A stretch of 64,000 nucleotides of DNA from an uncultured Chroococcidiopsis sp. (GCA_964248365.1 CAXTYC010000024.1:1-64000); one strand, 5' to 3'; shown: positions 12,639 to 24,470, numbered from the stretch's first letter. The notes: generated by a model from the sequence alone, not told the origin. Numbers and translations: made by a program.

Positions 12639-15638
12639 ATGACTCAAAAGCCATCCCCTCAGCCTGATACCAGCAAGGCAGATCGTAACGGCAAGATATC
12701 CTCCAAGCAAGTCTCGCCACATCTTCAAAAGCTAATTTCGATTCAAAAGGAAGCAGGGCAAGACAGGCAGCACTCGCAAGCCCCACGCCAGCATAGACAG
12801 CGGCAAGAATGGAGTTTGAAGAGCAAGGCAATAACCTTAGCACTTGGCGTGAGCTTGCTGCCCGTCCTTGCAGTTGGTACAGTTAGTTATTTGGGCAGCC
12901 AGTCGATTTATAAGCAGGTGAGCCAGACAAGACTGACGGATAACAATGGACTAAAAGAAACAGAAATTGCCCTCGAAAGGCAACTGCACTCAGTGTTGAT
13001 GGGAACTGGGATAACAGCAGTTGTGGCAGCTGCTTTGGCTGCTTTTTTGGCGAATCGTGCCACTCGTCGGGTGCAAAATGCTGCTAGTGCTTCTACTACT
13101 GTTGTGAATAGACTGCGGCGAGAAGATGTATATGGGCGCGATCGCGTCGCTGGTAAAGACGAACTAGTTGCTTTGGAAACAAACATCCAACTGATAGAAG
13201 AGCAGCTTCCAAATATCCTATGGAAACAAGAAGCAGAAGCCGAACGAGCGGGGATATTGATGAACATTACCCGCCGAATTGGCGAATCGCTCTCCCAAGC
13301 TGATGTGCTAAGAACGACTGTTGAAGCAGTTCGCGCAGCTTTCAAAGCTGACCGCGTGGTGATTTTCCGCTTCGACACTAACAACAATGGAAGCTTTATC
13401 GAAGAATCGGTAGCATCCGGTTTGCCAAAAATGTTGTGGGCAACCATCGACGCTCCCTTTTTCAACGGCAAGGATATAGAGCAGTATCGAAATGGTCATG
13501 TTGTTGCTATAAATAATATATATCAAGCTGGGCTGAGTGATTCTCAAATTGGGCAGTGGGAGCGATTTGCAATCAAGGCACATCTGAGCGCACCTATTAT
13601 CAAAGACAACCAGCTATTTGGCATACTCATTGCTCATCAGTGTTCCGGCTTCCGCTTTTGGCAGCAACCAGAAATTGATGTGTTTGGTCATTTAGCCGCT
13701 CAAGTAGGATTTACCCTTAAGCACGTTCAGCTTCTAGAACAGGTAGATACGAAAGCAAAGCAAGCCCAGCTATTGATAGACATTACCCACCGCATTCGGG
13801 AATCGCTCAACGAAGAGGACATTCTCAAAACAACCGTTGAGGAAGTCCGCAAAGCGATGAGAACTGACCGAGTGTTGGTTTTTGGCTTCGATGCCCAATG
13901 GTATGGCACAGTCGTAGCTGAGTCGGTCGTTCCTGGTTTACCCAAGGCATTGTGGGCGCAGATCAAAGATCCGTGTTTTGCCCAAGGGTATGTAGAACAG
14001 TATCAAAATGGTCGGGTGCAAGCTACCAGCAACATTTATGCCGCAGGTTTAACTGATTGTCACCTCAAACAACTCGAACCGTTTGGGGTGAAGGCAAATT
14101 TGGTTGCTCCAATTCTCAAAGATGGGCATTTATTTGGCTTGTTGATTGCTCATGAGTGTACTAAAACCCGTGATTGGCAGCCGTCGGAAATTGATTTATT
14201 TACACAACTAGCAACGCAAGTAGGATTTGCTCTCGATCATGCTAGGCTGCTTGAGCGCATAGATGCTGAAGGTGTGCGAACCCAATTACTGGCACACGTT
14301 ACCCGTCGCATTCGGGAATCGCTCAACGAAGAGGACATTCTCAAAACAACCGTTGAGGAAGTCCGCAAAGCGATGAGAACTGACCGAGTGTTGGTTTTTG
14401 GCTTCGATGCCCAATGGTATGGCACAGTCGTAGCTGAGTCGGTCGTTCCTGGTTTACCCAAGGCATTGTGGGCGCAGATCAAAGATCCGTGTTTTGCCCA
14501 AGGGTATGTAGAACAGTATCAAAATGGTCGGGTGCAAGCTACCAGCAACATTTATGCCGCAGGTTTAACTGATTGTCACCTCAAACAACTCGAACCGTTT
14601 GGGGTGAAGGCAAATTTGGTTGCTCCAATTCTCAAAGATGGGCATTTATTTGGCTTGTTGATTGCTCATGAGTGTACTAAAACCCGTGATTGGCAGCCGT
14701 CGGAAATTGATTTATTTACACAACTAGCAACGCAAGTAGGATTTGCCCTCGATCATGCGCGGCTTCTGGAACAGGTAGAGCAGGCTTACCAAGCAGCCTC
14801 TGCTGACTCTCACAGCCAGCGTCAACAAAAAGAATCGCTCCAGCATCAAGTGTCAGGAATGTTAACAGATAGCGAAACATCTGTCAAAACTCTTTCTAAT
14901 GAGGTGATTGCTCAGATGGAGTCTATTACAGCTGCCTACAATCATATTCAAGTGGTAGCCCAGTCGGCTCAAACAATAATTGCCGCGATTAAACAAGCCG
15001 AACCCCAAATTCAGCAAGCCGAGCAAACAGTAAAAACTGGGCATGAAATCGTTAGCCATACTGTAGATGGTATTGTTGCTAGCAAAGAAGCAATTAGAGA
15101 AGTTGCCCAGAAGGTAAAGCGACTCTCCCAGTCTGCCCAAAAGATCCCCAAAGTGTTGGACGTTATCAGTAATGTTACGTCTCAATTAAAGCTCTACGCG
15201 ATGAATATCAAGCTGGCAACATCGCGTACCACAAATAATGAATTTAGTCAAGAATTTACGTCGATAGCTGATAAAGTACTGACTTCAACTGGGCAGTTGG
15301 ATGCAGAAATTACAGAAATTAAACTTCAGGTAGCCAAAATTCAGGCAGAAACCCAACAAGCTGCGATCGCACTCGGATCAGGAACACAGCAAGCGATCGT
15401 GAGAACTCAATTGATAGAAGAAACTGAGCAAAAACTCAATCAAATTGCTTCATTCAGTGTGCAAATGATTTCGCTGTTTGAGGAAATTTCCCACGCTGCA
15501 ACCAACCAAAATCTTGCTACCGTAGAGGCAACTGGGGCTATTTTAGAAGCTGCAAGCATCGCCAGCAAGACTTCAGAAAAATCCCTCGGCTTGGCAGAAT
15601 CCTTTACCAAACTTTGTGCAGTCACTGAAGAACTTTAG
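12639..15638 (+). CDS. Methyl-accepting taxis photoreceptor with three GAF domains (PixJ-like cyanobacteriochrome)
   Basis: Two TM segments; GAF1 lacks the chromophore Cys; GAF2 and GAF3 carry DPCF and CH motifs; C-terminal MCP signalling domain. Confidence 0.88.
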   Translation: MTQKPSPQPDTSKADRNGKISSKQVSPHLQKLISIQKEAGQDRQHSQAPRQHRQRQEWSLKSKAITLALGVSLLPVLAVGTVSYLGSQSIYKQVSQTRLTDNNGLKETEIALERQLHSVLMGTGITAVVAAALAAFLANRATRRVQNAASASTTVVNRLRREDVYGRDRVAGKDELVALETNIQLIEEQLPNILWKQEAEAERAGILMNITRRIGESLSQADVLRTTVEAVRAAFKADRVVIFRFDTNNNGSFIEESVASGLPKMLWATIDAPFFNGKDIEQYRNGHVVAINNIYQAGLSDSQIGQWERFAIKAHLSAPIIKDNQLFGILIAHQCSGFRFWQQPEIDVFGHLAAQVGFTLKHVQLLEQVDTKAKQAQLLIDITHRIRESLNEEDILKTTVEEVRKAMRTDRVLVFGFDAQWYGTVVAESVVPGLPKALWAQIKDPCFAQGYVEQYQNGRVQATSNIYAAGLTDCHLKQLEPFGVKANLVAPILKDGHLFGLLIAHECTKTRDWQPSEIDLFTQLATQVGFALDHARLLERIDAEGVRTQLLAHVTRRIRESLNEEDILKTTVEEVRKAMRTDRVLVFGFDAQWYGTVVAESVVPGLPKALWAQIKDPCFAQGYVEQYQNGRVQATSNIYAAGLTDCHLKQLEPFGVKANLVAPILKDGHLFGLLIAHECTKTRDWQPSEIDLFTQLATQVGFALDHARLLEQVEQAYQAASADSHSQRQQKESLQHQVSGMLTDSETSVKTLSNEVIAQMESITAAYNHIQVVAQSAQTIIAAIKQAEPQIQQAEQTVKTGHEIVSHTVDGIVASKEAIREVAQKVKRLSQSAQKIPKVLDVISNVTSQLKLYAMNIKLATSRTTNNEFSQEFTSIADKVLTSTGQLDAEITEIKLQVAKIQAETQQAAIALGSGTQQAIVRTQLIEETEQKLNQIASFSVQMISLFEEISHAATNQNLATVEATGAILEAASIASKTSEKSLGLAESFTKLCAVTEEL
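13791..14746 (+). repeat. Perfect intragenic direct repeat, 13791-14230 = 14307-14746
   Basis: 440 bp identical by eye; period 516 bp (172 aa). Confidence 0.9.
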
Positions 15639-16136
15639 GTCAGTTACCAGTTATCAGTTATCAGTTATCAGTTACCTGGTAACTGTTTGCTGCGATGACA
15701 AATGCGATATTCAATAAAGCTAGCAATAAAATAATGACTGCTGCAAGATCAAAAGCTAATCCGTCTTGAAAAGTTTGGCGGAGGGAAACCGACACCTAAG
15801 CCAGCCATCTCAACGGAGGGAACTGGCGCACCCTCCAAAGCTCACGCGGGGTGCTACAACGGGGGGAACAGGCGCAACGTACAGGCGCAGACTTTTCGCA
15901 AAATCTAAAATTGTATCGTTGTTTAGTGATAAAGAGTAATAAGTAATTTAAAATCAGACTAAAAATTGGATTGTTTTTTAAAAAATATATTGAAAAATTT
16001 CTGGTTATTTGATAGCAGCAGTAAAAAGTATTAGTTGTAAAAAAAAGTACTTCCTTTATGCACTAACTGACTGTAAGATGCTTAGAGTTGTTAACTCACG
16101 CGAGCTTCTTTTAAAGGTTTGAGGAGTAATTTTTTC

Positions 16137-17015
16137 ATGGCTAAAATTCTCTACAAAGTTGTGTATTACTACGTTCACGCTCTTAGTACGCGCTATATTT
16201 TGACACCGTTATTTTTAGCTTCAGTGATAACTGGGATAATGTGTGTGCGATCGCCCATTGCCAAAGCAGATCCGCCAAAAAATAGTTGCAATTGGCAGTT
16301 AACGTTCAACGATGATTTCAACACAATTGATCGAACTAAGTGGAGTACAGTATGGCCACAATACTATAACGGCAAGGTTAATCTTGATGGTCGCGTACGC
16401 CGCCAAGCGTATTATCCTGACTCAAACGTGCAAACAGTCTATGACCCTGATGCTAACAGTAACGTCCAGGCAATTAGAACTGCTCGTGAAGATACAATAG
16501 TAGATTGGTTGGACAATAAGCGTTACAATTACACCAGTGGTATCCTTACTACCGAGGGTAAGTTTAGTCAGAAATACGGCTACTTTGAGGTCAGAGCAAA
16601 GCTGCCTAGTACCTTTGGTACTGCTCCTACGATTTGGCTGATGAACTTCTCAAAAACTCCCACTGAGGAGATAGATATTGTTGAAGTTTCAGGTCGTGAG
16701 AAAGGACTACAGGTAGTTCAGAACGTCCACTGGGGAGATCAGGAGAATTACAACTACCACACGCTAAGCGATGGTGACTCAGGCTCGAAGTACCGTAATT
16801 ATGGAGTATTGTGGGAACCGAATCAGATAGTTTGGTATATCGATGGACAAGAAGTGTTTCGCTCCCCTAAAGGCTCGCCATCAGATAGTTTGTCCCTGGT
16901 ACTTAGTAATGAAGTAGATGGTGGTTCTGGTAACACGTTCTATGAAGATCCAGCAAAAGGTAAACTACCACTCTTAAGCTCGTATGACTCTGTGAAAGTT
17001 TGGTCATGCAAATAA
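16137..17015 (+). CDS. Glycoside hydrolase family 16 (beta-glucanase-like), probably secreted
   Basis: YTSG, KYGYFEVRAKLP, catalytic EIDIVE, hydrophobic N-terminus, RBS GAGGAG. Confidence 0.88.
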   Translation: MAKILYKVVYYYVHALSTRYILTPLFLASVITGIMCVRSPIAKADPPKNSCNWQLTFNDDFNTIDRTKWSTVWPQYYNGKVNLDGRVRRQAYYPDSNVQTVYDPDANSNVQAIRTAREDTIVDWLDNKRYNYTSGILTTEGKFSQKYGYFEVRAKLPSTFGTAPTIWLMNFSKTPTEEIDIVEVSGREKGLQVVQNVHWGDQENYNYHTLSDGDSGSKYRNYGVLWEPNQIVWYIDGQEVFRSPKGSPSDSLSLVLSNEVDGGSGNTFYEDPAKGKLPLLSSYDSVKVWSCK

Positions 17016-17191
17016 AGAGCTTGGTAAATAGGAGTATTGTATCCGGCGCTTCAAAAAGGTAAAGCTGTTAGCAGGCGTGCTAATCCACAGTTTCTAACTT
17101 TTTGGTATTTTTAATCCGAGAGCGTGTCAATTGTATTACTACTAGCGCTCTCGCGCTCAAGCTAAAAGTAGGGTTATGACGAAGCCATACC

Positions 17192-18037
17192 TTACTCACA
17201 CAAAGCAGCGGCATGATGGCGGATGTGATCTGCAATGAACGAGGCGATGAAATAATAACTGTGGTCGTAACCCTCATGGAAGCGTAAAGTCAAAGGTTGA
17301 TTCGCTTTACCACACGCTTGCTCAAACACTTGGGGAAGTAATTGATCTAAATATTGATCGGCACTACCCTGATCAATTAAAATCGGACGGTTATAGTTAG
17401 CCTCTAGGACTAATTCACTTGCATCGTAGGTTCGCCAGCTGTCTCTATCTAATCCAAGGTATTTGGTAAATGCTTTATCAACCCACGAAGAACGCAGGGG
17501 GGCAACAATGGGTGCAAAGGCTGAAACAGATTTATAAGAATTTGGGTTGCGTAGCGCACACACAAGCGCCCCATGACCACCCATAGAATGACCAAAAATG
17601 CCAGATCGTTCTGGTAGAACTGGGAAATGCTCGGCAATCACAGCGGGTAATTCGTGGACAATGTAGCTGTACATTTGGTAGTGCGATCGCCAAGGTTCCT
17701 CTGTCGCATCTACATAAAAACTAGCACCACTACCATAGTTCGATTCTTTGTCTTCATCTTCAATCCCAGTGTTACGGGGGCTAGTATCTGGGGCTATTAT
17801 TATTATACCATACTCAGCCGCATATCGTTGCGCCCCAGCTTTAATTATAAAGTTCTCTTCCGTACAAGTTAAACCAGAGAGGAAATAGAGAACAGGAACT
17901 TGTTTTGATCTTGCTTGTGGCGGTTGGTATACAGCAAATCTCATCTCACCATTACAAGACTGGGACTGATGGCGATAAAAGCCGACAGTACCGCCAAAGC
18001 ATTTATATTCACTGGTGACTTTAAGAGATGTAGACAT
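17192..18037 (-). CDS. fghA: S-formylglutathione hydrolase
   Basis: LSGLTCTEEN, GHSMGGHG and GYDHSYYF motifs. Confidence 0.95.
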   Translation of the reverse strand: MSTSLKVTSEYKCFGGTVGFYRHQSQSCNGEMRFAVYQPPQARSKQVPVLYFLSGLTCTEENFIIKAGAQRYAAEYGIIIIAPDTSPRNTGIEDEDKESNYGSGASFYVDATEEPWRSHYQMYSYIVHELPAVIAEHFPVLPERSGIFGHSMGGHGALVCALRNPNSYKSVSAFAPIVAPLRSSWVDKAFTKYLGLDRDSWRTYDASELVLEANYNRPILIDQGSADQYLDQLLPQVFEQACGKANQPLTLRFHEGYDHSYYFIASFIADHIRHHAAALCE

Positions 18038-18107
18038 GAACTTGATACAGTTAAATGTATAGTGTGTTAGCGATAGCCTAACGCAACACTACCCAATTAG
18101 TTGGTAC

Positions 18108-18503
18108 TTACTTGTCTTTTTGTCCGATTATCTGTTCTCGTAGCCTGTTACGTAAATTACGCTTAGTTTGGGTTTCTCCCAACGTATTGCACTGCGCTAA
18201 AAATTCATAAATCATAGTTTTAGTTAATAAAGGAAAAGTAGCGCTAGTTTCAGATTCTTGATATTGATTTTGATTTAATAGATAAATAGTCAAAGTTTTA
18301 CCGTTATAACGCCAAAATTATGGCACTTTCATTTCTTGATAGAGTTGATTTTTATTAATATCTGTGTGAGTAATATCTACTTCTAAAATCAAGTCAGGTA
18401 GCGGATCAACAGCCAAATCTACCGTTTTACCGCGTACAACAGGCTCATTTTGAATGTAGTAACATTTATCTGGTTCTGCACCAATAAAGATACTAAAAGC
18501 CAA
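18108..18503 (-). pseudogene. Uma2-family endonuclease remnant
   Basis: EPDKCYYIQN...PDLILEVDIT...KVP*FWRYNG with in-frame TAA 18318-18320; N-terminus missing. Confidence 0.8.
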
Positions 18504-18577
18504 ACCCGTTTCTCTTCGTTTCTCTTAGCGACTTTGCGGCTTTGCGTGACACTAAAAACCAAACTCTGCGCAAAGCC

Positions 18578-18617
18578 AAAAAAAAAGATTTTAGCCCCGA
18601 TATCGAGGCTAAAATCT
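18578..18617 (-). terminator. Intrinsic terminator of the csbD cluster
   Basis: AGATTTTAGCC/GGCTAAAATCT stem with a poly-U tail on the minus strand. Confidence 0.7.
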
Positions 18618-18638
18618 GTAACTGAGATGACTTATAAT

Positions 18639-19163
18639 TTATTTGCGCTGGTTCCCTAGCCACTTAGCAGCTGCAATTCCCAAAACTGCTGCTACTAGAG
18701 GATTGCTGAGGAACTTGATCAGTGCTGGTTGCTCAGCCATCACTTCTTGGAAGATATCGGGGTGATTGTGATAGACAAAAGATGCTAATTTGGTAACATC
18801 ATCAGCATTCATCCGATTAGGATTGTGGGTAGAAAGACCAAGCTGTTGTTCTAGATCGCGATCGCGTAGTCCTCTTTTGCTCAGGTGTTGGAAAAATGCA
18901 CGGGCTACGTCGTCTCGCTCATTTGGTTTAATTTGCGCGATCGCTTTTTGTAGTTCCGGCTCCATTTGAGTCGCTGGGATGCGCTCTGGATGTAAGGAGC
19001 GACCAAATAATTGACGGCGTTCTTCATGGGATGAGCGCTGTGCAAAATCATCAAAGTTTTCGTATTGTTGCTCCAAATTCACTGGAGCATCATCAAGCTT
19101 TTCGACATTACCTTGAGCTAGATCATTCATGATCTGGTGTCTGTACTGATCGCTACTAGACAT
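18639..19163 (-). CDS. Hypothetical protein
   Basis: 174-aa ORF with RBS AGGAG, co-oriented with csbD. Confidence 0.8.
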   Translation of the reverse strand: MSSSDQYRHQIMNDLAQGNVEKLDDAPVNLEQQYENFDDFAQRSSHEERRQLFGRSLHPERIPATQMEPELQKAIAQIKPNERDDVARAFFQHLSKRGLRDRDLEQQLGLSTHNPNRMNADDVTKLASFVYHNHPDIFQEVMAEQPALIKFLSNPLVAAVLGIAAAKWLGNQRK

Positions 19164-19252
19164 TCTTTTTATCTCCTTTTTTCAAAGCTGTTATTATTTA
19201 GCTGTTACCAGTCACCAACTACCAACTACCAACTACCAGTTACAGCTAAAAG

Positions 19253-19693
19253 CTATTTGTATTCAATCTGATTTGATTGAACATCATACCGAGCAGTCAA
19301 AATCAATTTTTTGTCAGGAGCGTACATCAAGATATTTAAGTCTTGATTGGGGAAATTTTTATGAAAGCCCTGAGCTAGTGACTTTGCTAGTGGCTTCACT
19401 TCATTGGGACGCACTTGAGATGTAATGACAACACCTAACTTATTGTTGTCACGCACATATGCATCTTGAATTAAACCCTTACCAGTTTGGACAACCCAGC
19501 TACCAAAATCTTGTCCAGCGTTAGTGTTTCCCAGTGCTATTTTCCCATAATCAACACCACGGCTGATTGTTGGTACATTGGTGGTGTTGGGCTGCTTTGC
19601 TTGAACACTACTGCTACAAGCAGCAGTCGTAGTTAGGATAAATATCAACGAAAAGACAGTCAAAATTTTGCGAAAATGCCGCAGTAGACTCAC
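19253..19693 (-). CDS. Putative lipoprotein
   Basis: Signal peptide ending TTAAC; GTG start with GGAGG RBS. Confidence 0.75.
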   Translation of the reverse strand: MSLLRHFRKILTVFSLIFILTTTAACSSSVQAKQPNTTNVPTISRGVDYGKIALGNTNAGQDFGSWVVQTGKGLIQDAYVRDNNKLGVVITSQVRPNEVKPLAKSLAQGFHKNFPNQDLNILMYAPDKKLILTARYDVQSNQIEYK

Positions 19694-19822
19694 CTGAGTG
19701 CCTCCATTAACGATGTATAGGTAACAGAATTTCAAATTGATTTTTGGTCGATTTAATTGATTTTTATCTCAGGAAGGTAAGCAACCTTTCGGCTGCTTTT
19801 ACCTCCTTAATTAATTATTACT

Positions 19823-20005
19823 TTAGTCAATCGCCTTTTTAACATTGTCTTTTACATCTTCAACGCCTTGACGTACTTGTGCTTCACCTTGCTTGGCTTT
19901 ACCTTCTGCTTGATCTTCAGGATCGCCAGTCACATTTCCCAAAGCTTCTTGGGCTTTACCTTCAATATTTTTAGCAGCAGCTTTGGCTTTATCTTCTAAA
20001 CTCAT
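19823..20005 (-). CDS. csbD: CsbD-family stress protein
   Basis: EGKAQEALGNVTGD...AEGKAKQ motif; RBS AGGAG. Confidence 0.9.
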   Translation of the reverse strand: MSLEDKAKAAAKNIEGKAQEALGNVTGDPEDQAEGKAKQGEAQVRQGVEDVKDNVKKAID

Positions 20006-20974
20006 TTTCTTTCTCCTTACTTTTGCAAAATTGATCTCAAAGTGTTAAACAACTTTGTAGATTATTTGTGTTTATATTTACAATTTAACCGTTACTTTAG
20101 CTCTAGCCTTCTGCCACAAGGTATATTAGTTTCCTCTACTAAAAGGCTGACAAACAAGGGGTGAGGGCTGGGTTTTTCAACAGTTGTCTATCTAAGGATA
20201 GCTATTTCTTGTAAATCTAACCTACTAAGTTTGAAGTTAGAGGTTTTAATTTAAAAACAAAAAACCTGGATTGTTAGAGAACCCAAGTTATTAAAATTCT
20301 GAATCTTTCTCCCTTAGTCGAGAAAGCCAATTAAAGGCAGATCTGGGGGGCTGGGGAAGCAAAGCGGAGAAAAATCACCCGTTTGAAGGAGAAGAACTGC
20401 TTTTCAAAAGTACGTTAGCTTAGTATCAAAAACTTTGACATCGCAGAACTGCAAGCGGACGTAACCCAGCTATATTAAGTGGATCAAAAACTTCCAGACG
20501 CTAGCAACAATCAGACAAATTGGGGCTTGATTAACTGTATAAGCATTTAGTAATTCTACTTGGACAGAGACACGCTTGGTGTATCAATTTTACCACTATT
20601 AAGATGCGAGTTCTCTTACTTGAGTATCACCGTTAGGCGTTACACTTTACTTGTGATGACTTTCTCTTATCATCTTCGCGTCTTTGCGCGACATTATTAT
20701 CCAGACTATTGTGGACACCAATAGCCAAGAATTCAAGTATTGAAGTTAGGATTTTTTCTCTGTTTTGAGTTTAACTTTAAACAAGGTGTTCTAAGTATAA
20801 ATATCTAATTGGCTCTGGATAGAAAAACTTCAATATGTTACAATATATAAAGTAAATTCGGCTTAGCGGTCAGCTTTTTGAAAGTCGCGTCAGATGTGTA
20901 ATATAATATTATCCAGGGCTGATAGATGAAGGCTGATAGCTGATAGGTAATAGCTGATAGCTTAAGAAAACTTT

Positions 20975-22975
20975 ATGTCGCAATTTAGTCTTCAAGCTCC
21001 TTTTGCACCAACAGGCGATCAACCAAAAGCGATCGCCTCCCTGGTTAATCATCTCAAAAGCGGTGATCGTTACCAAACTTTACTAGGAGCCACAGGTACT
21101 GGTAAAACATTCACCGTCGCCGCCACAATTGAAAAAATCGGGAAACCTACCTTAGTACTAGCTCACAACAAAACTCTCGCTGCCCAACTGTGTAATGAGT
21201 TGCGAGAATTCTTTCCTCATAACGCAGTAGAATATTTCGTCAGCTACTACGATTACTATCAACCAGAGGCTTATATTCCAGTCACAGACACATATATAGA
21301 GAAAAGCTCATCAATCAACGATGAGATTGATATGCTGCGCCACTCAGCCACGCGATCGCTATTTGAACGGCGGGATGTAATCGTGGTTGCTTCGATCAGC
21401 TGCATATATGGACTTGGTATCCCATCAGAATATCTCAAAGCTGCTATTCCCCTACAAATGGGTATGGAAGTGAATCAACGGAAGATTCTACGGGATTTAG
21501 CCTCAGTACAGTATAGCCGCAACGATCTCGAAATAGGGCGAGGACGCTTTCGGGTGCGGGGTGACGTATTAGAAATTGGTCCCGCCTACGAAGATAGAAT
21601 TATTCGAGTGGAATTTTTCGGTGATGAAATTGACGCGATTCGTTATGTCGATCCGGTAACAGGGGAAATTCTCAAGAGTGTAGAAGCGATCAATATATAT
21701 CCAGCGCGTCACTTTGTCACACCGGAGGAACAGTTAGAAAGCGCTTGTTATGCAATTGAAGACGAATTAAAGCAGCGCAAAGCCGAGTTAGAGCAAGCTG
21801 GGAAATTACTGGAAGCGCAACGGATAGATCAGCGAACTCGGTATGACTTGGAAATGTTGCGCGAGGTGGGATACTGCAACGGCGTTGAAAACTATTCTCG
21901 TCACTTAGCAGGGCGCAAAGCAGGGGAACCACCAGAGTGTTTAATTGATTATTTTCCCAAAGATTGGCTGCTGGTGGTGGATGAATCTCACGTCAGTGTC
22001 CCCCAAATTCGCGCTATGTACAACGGCGATCGCGCTCGAAAAATGGTATTGATTGAGCATGGCTTTCGTTTACCTAGTGCAGCTGATAACCGTCCGTTGA
22101 AAGCAGACGAGTTTTGGGGAAAGGTAAATCAGTGTGTGTTTGTTTCTGCTACCCCTGGAGATTGGGAATTAGAACTTTCACAAGGGCGGGTAGTAGAACA
22201 AGTGATTCGTCCAACAGGGGTGATCGATCCAGAAATCTTTGTTCGTCCGACAGATGGACAAATTGATGATTTGCTGGGAGAAATTAAGGATCGAGTTGAT
22301 CGTCGGGAACGGGTTTTAGTCACAACTTTGACTAAGCGGATGGCGGAAGATCTGACAGAGTATTTGCAAGATCACGGCATTCGCGTCCGCTATCTGCACT
22401 CGGAGATTAATTCGATTGAAAGAATTGAGATTTTGCAGGATTTGCGAGATGGGAAGTTTGATGTCTTGATTGGAGTGAACCTGCTGCGGGAAGGGTTGGA
22501 TCTGCCAGAAGTGTCACTAGTGGCGATTTTAGATGCTGATAAAGAAGGGTTCTTGCGGGCAGAGCGATCGCTCATTCAAACGATTGGTAGGGCGGCGCGA
22601 AATGTCCGAGGACAAGCGATTTTGTATGCTGATAATCTGACAGATAGCATGGCAAAAGCGATCGCAGAAACCGAACGTCGTAGAGCAATTCAGTTGGAAT
22701 ATAACGAAAAGCATGGTATAATACCTCAGCAAATCGTGAAAAAATCGAGTAACGCGATTCTGTCTTTCTTGGAAGTCTCCAGGCGGCTAAATGCCAACCA
22801 GCTAGAAACAGCTTATGAGCAAGCGGATGAGCTACCAATAGATGCAATCCCGCAGCTAATTACTCAACTCGAAGGGCAGATGAAAGAAGCAGCCAAGAGT
22901 TTAGAATTTGAGGAGGCAGCAAAATTGCGCGATCGCATCAAGCATCTGCGAGATAAATTGCTAGGACATCACTAA
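20975..22975 (+). CDS. uvrB: Excinuclease ABC subunit B
   Basis: [22 protein letters not shown] and C-terminal UVR domain. Confidence 0.98.
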   Translation: MSQFSLQAPFAPTGDQPKAIASLVNHLKSGDRYQTLLGATGTGKTFTVAATIEKIGKPTLVLAHNKTLAAQLCNELREFFPHNAVEYFVSYYDYYQPEAYIPVTDTYIEKSSSINDEIDMLRHSATRSLFERRDVIVVASISCIYGLGIPSEYLKAAIPLQMGMEVNQRKILRDLASVQYSRNDLEIGRGRFRVRGDVLEIGPAYEDRIIRVEFFGDEIDAIRYVDPVTGEILKSVEAINIYPARHFVTPEEQLESACYAIEDELKQRKAELEQAGKLLEAQRIDQRTRYDLEMLREVGYCNGVENYSRHLAGRKAGEPPECLIDYFPKDWLLVVDESHVSVPQIRAMYNGDRARKMVLIEHGFRLPSAADNRPLKADEFWGKVNQCVFVSATPGDWELELSQGRVVEQVIRPTGVIDPEIFVRPTDGQIDDLLGEIKDRVDRRERVLVTTLTKRMAEDLTEYLQDHGIRVRYLHSEINSIERIEILQDLRDGKFDVLIGVNLLREGLDLPEVSLVAILDADKEGFLRAERSLIQTIGRAARNVRGQAILYADNLTDSMAKAIAETERRRAIQLEYNEKHGIIPQQIVKKSSNAILSFLEVSRRLNANQLETAYEQADELPIDAIPQLITQLEGQMKEAAKSLEFEEAAKLRDRIKHLRDKLLGHH

Positions 22976-23091
22976 GTCACCCAAGGGAGAGGGGGCGAGG
23001 GGGAGAAAACAGCCTCTGGACCTCTTGCCCTCTGGATCTCTTGCCCCTTTTCTCTTTACCTTTTCCCTTTTCCCATCTTCAAAAAAGAAGT

Positions 23092-23829
23092 CTACAGTTG
23101 TTCTGGATCGATTCCTTTTTCTTGCAGTCGCGCCAACAAATCTTGATAGCGCTGTCGTTCTTGTTCTAATTGGAGGAGGGCAGCTTCCTTTGACTGACGC
23201 TCAGCTTCGGCACGTTGACGCTCAGTTTCGGCGCGTTGACGCTCTTGTTCTCCTATCTGATCGAGTTCTACAGGTGTGAGAAACCGTATTCCATCAGGAC
23301 GATAAATTTCTAGAGTGTCTGCTGTAAGTTCAAACCGCACCCCCAAGCGAGGGCTAACCCAGCCATTGATATCCTCAATCTCTTCTAGCTACTCTTGGGA
23401 ACGCACCAAACCAGTGAATTCCACTGCGTCTGGATCGTAAATGTAATATTCCAACACTCCATGACGTTGATAAAAGAGTAGTTTATTTGCCATATCTTTA
23501 GTTGTGTTTTCTGGAGATAAGATTTCAAATACTACCTGTGGAGGAATATTATTTTCTTCCCACTGCTTGTATGAACCCCTGTCTCCTTTTGGTCTACCAA
23601 AAACAACCATTACATCAGGAGCTTGGCGAATCTTGTTATTTCCCTGGACAGGATACCAGAGGAGATCGCCTGCGACAAACACATCATCTTGTGATGCAAA
23701 CAAAATCTCTAAGTTTTCTTTAATAGTTACAATCCATCGAAATTGTTTAGTATTGTCTGACATTGGTTTCCCGTCGCTATCGGGATAGATGATGTCTGGT
23801 GCAGTGTTTGGTGTTAGTTGTTGTACCAT
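23092..23829 (-). pseudogene. Uma2-family endonuclease with one in-frame stop
   Basis: YPDSDGKPMSDNT and APDVMVVFG motifs. TAG 23389-23391, then the frame continues LEEIEDINGWVSPRLGVRF. Confidence 0.85.
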
Positions 23830-23979
23830 ACGATACGATTCCTCCCATCTTGAGGTAATTAGGCTGCTGGGGTGACTACTTGATACTCGTAGTTTAGAAG
23901 GCAGATGTTGCAGTCTCCCCCAACGCTATTTAATTATGTAGAGACGCGATATATCGCATTTTTACAGCAGCAATTAATT

Positions 23980-24456
23980 ATGACTAGCGATCGCCTATTT
24001 CCTTGGCAACAACAAGCAATTATTCATCACAGTCAACGCCTACTGCACAGTTTTGAGCATTGGACTGGGCGTTCTCTGCTTGATGAGGGTGATTCACCAA
24101 TGGAAGCGGCACAGGCATTATTTGAAGCGCCTTTTGTCTTAGTCTCTCACGGCACTCAACCAGATCCGATTTTTAACTACGGTAATCGCCTAGCGCTGGA
24201 ATTATGGGAGCTTGATTGGGAGGATTTTACCCGAATGCCTTCTCGTAAAACAGCCGAACAGGTGGTGCAGGAGGAACGCGCGAACCTCCTAGCACAAACT
24301 GCAACCAAAGGCTTTAGCAATTTTTCCGGCGTTCGCATTTCTAGTACTGGCAAGCGATTTAAAGTCGAAGACGGTATCATCTGGAACGTCCTAGATGAGC
24401 AAAATCAACGCTGTGGACAAGCCGCAGTTTACTCCAAGTACATATTTATTAAGTAA
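23980..24456 (+). CDS. MEKHLA domain protein
   Basis: APFVLVSHGTQPDPIFNYGN and YS/FSGVRISSTGKRF-type motifs. Confidence 0.88.
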   Translation: MTSDRLFPWQQQAIIHHSQRLLHSFEHWTGRSLLDEGDSPMEAAQALFEAPFVLVSHGTQPDPIFNYGNRLALELWELDWEDFTRMPSRKTAEQVVQEERANLLAQTATKGFSNFSGVRISSTGKRFKVEDGIIWNVLDEQNQRCGQAAVYSKYIFIK

Positions 24457-24470
24457 TGTAGGCAATACCC

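Noticed and set aside
12908..14482. Antisense ORFs inside the photoreceptor gene, and similar shadow ORFs elsewhere
   Set aside because: They overlap well-supported genes on the other strand or frame and show no motifs.
20340..20640. Possible decayed gene or ncRNA between csbD and uvrB
   Set aside because: Only short open stretches with no recognisable motif or convincing structure.
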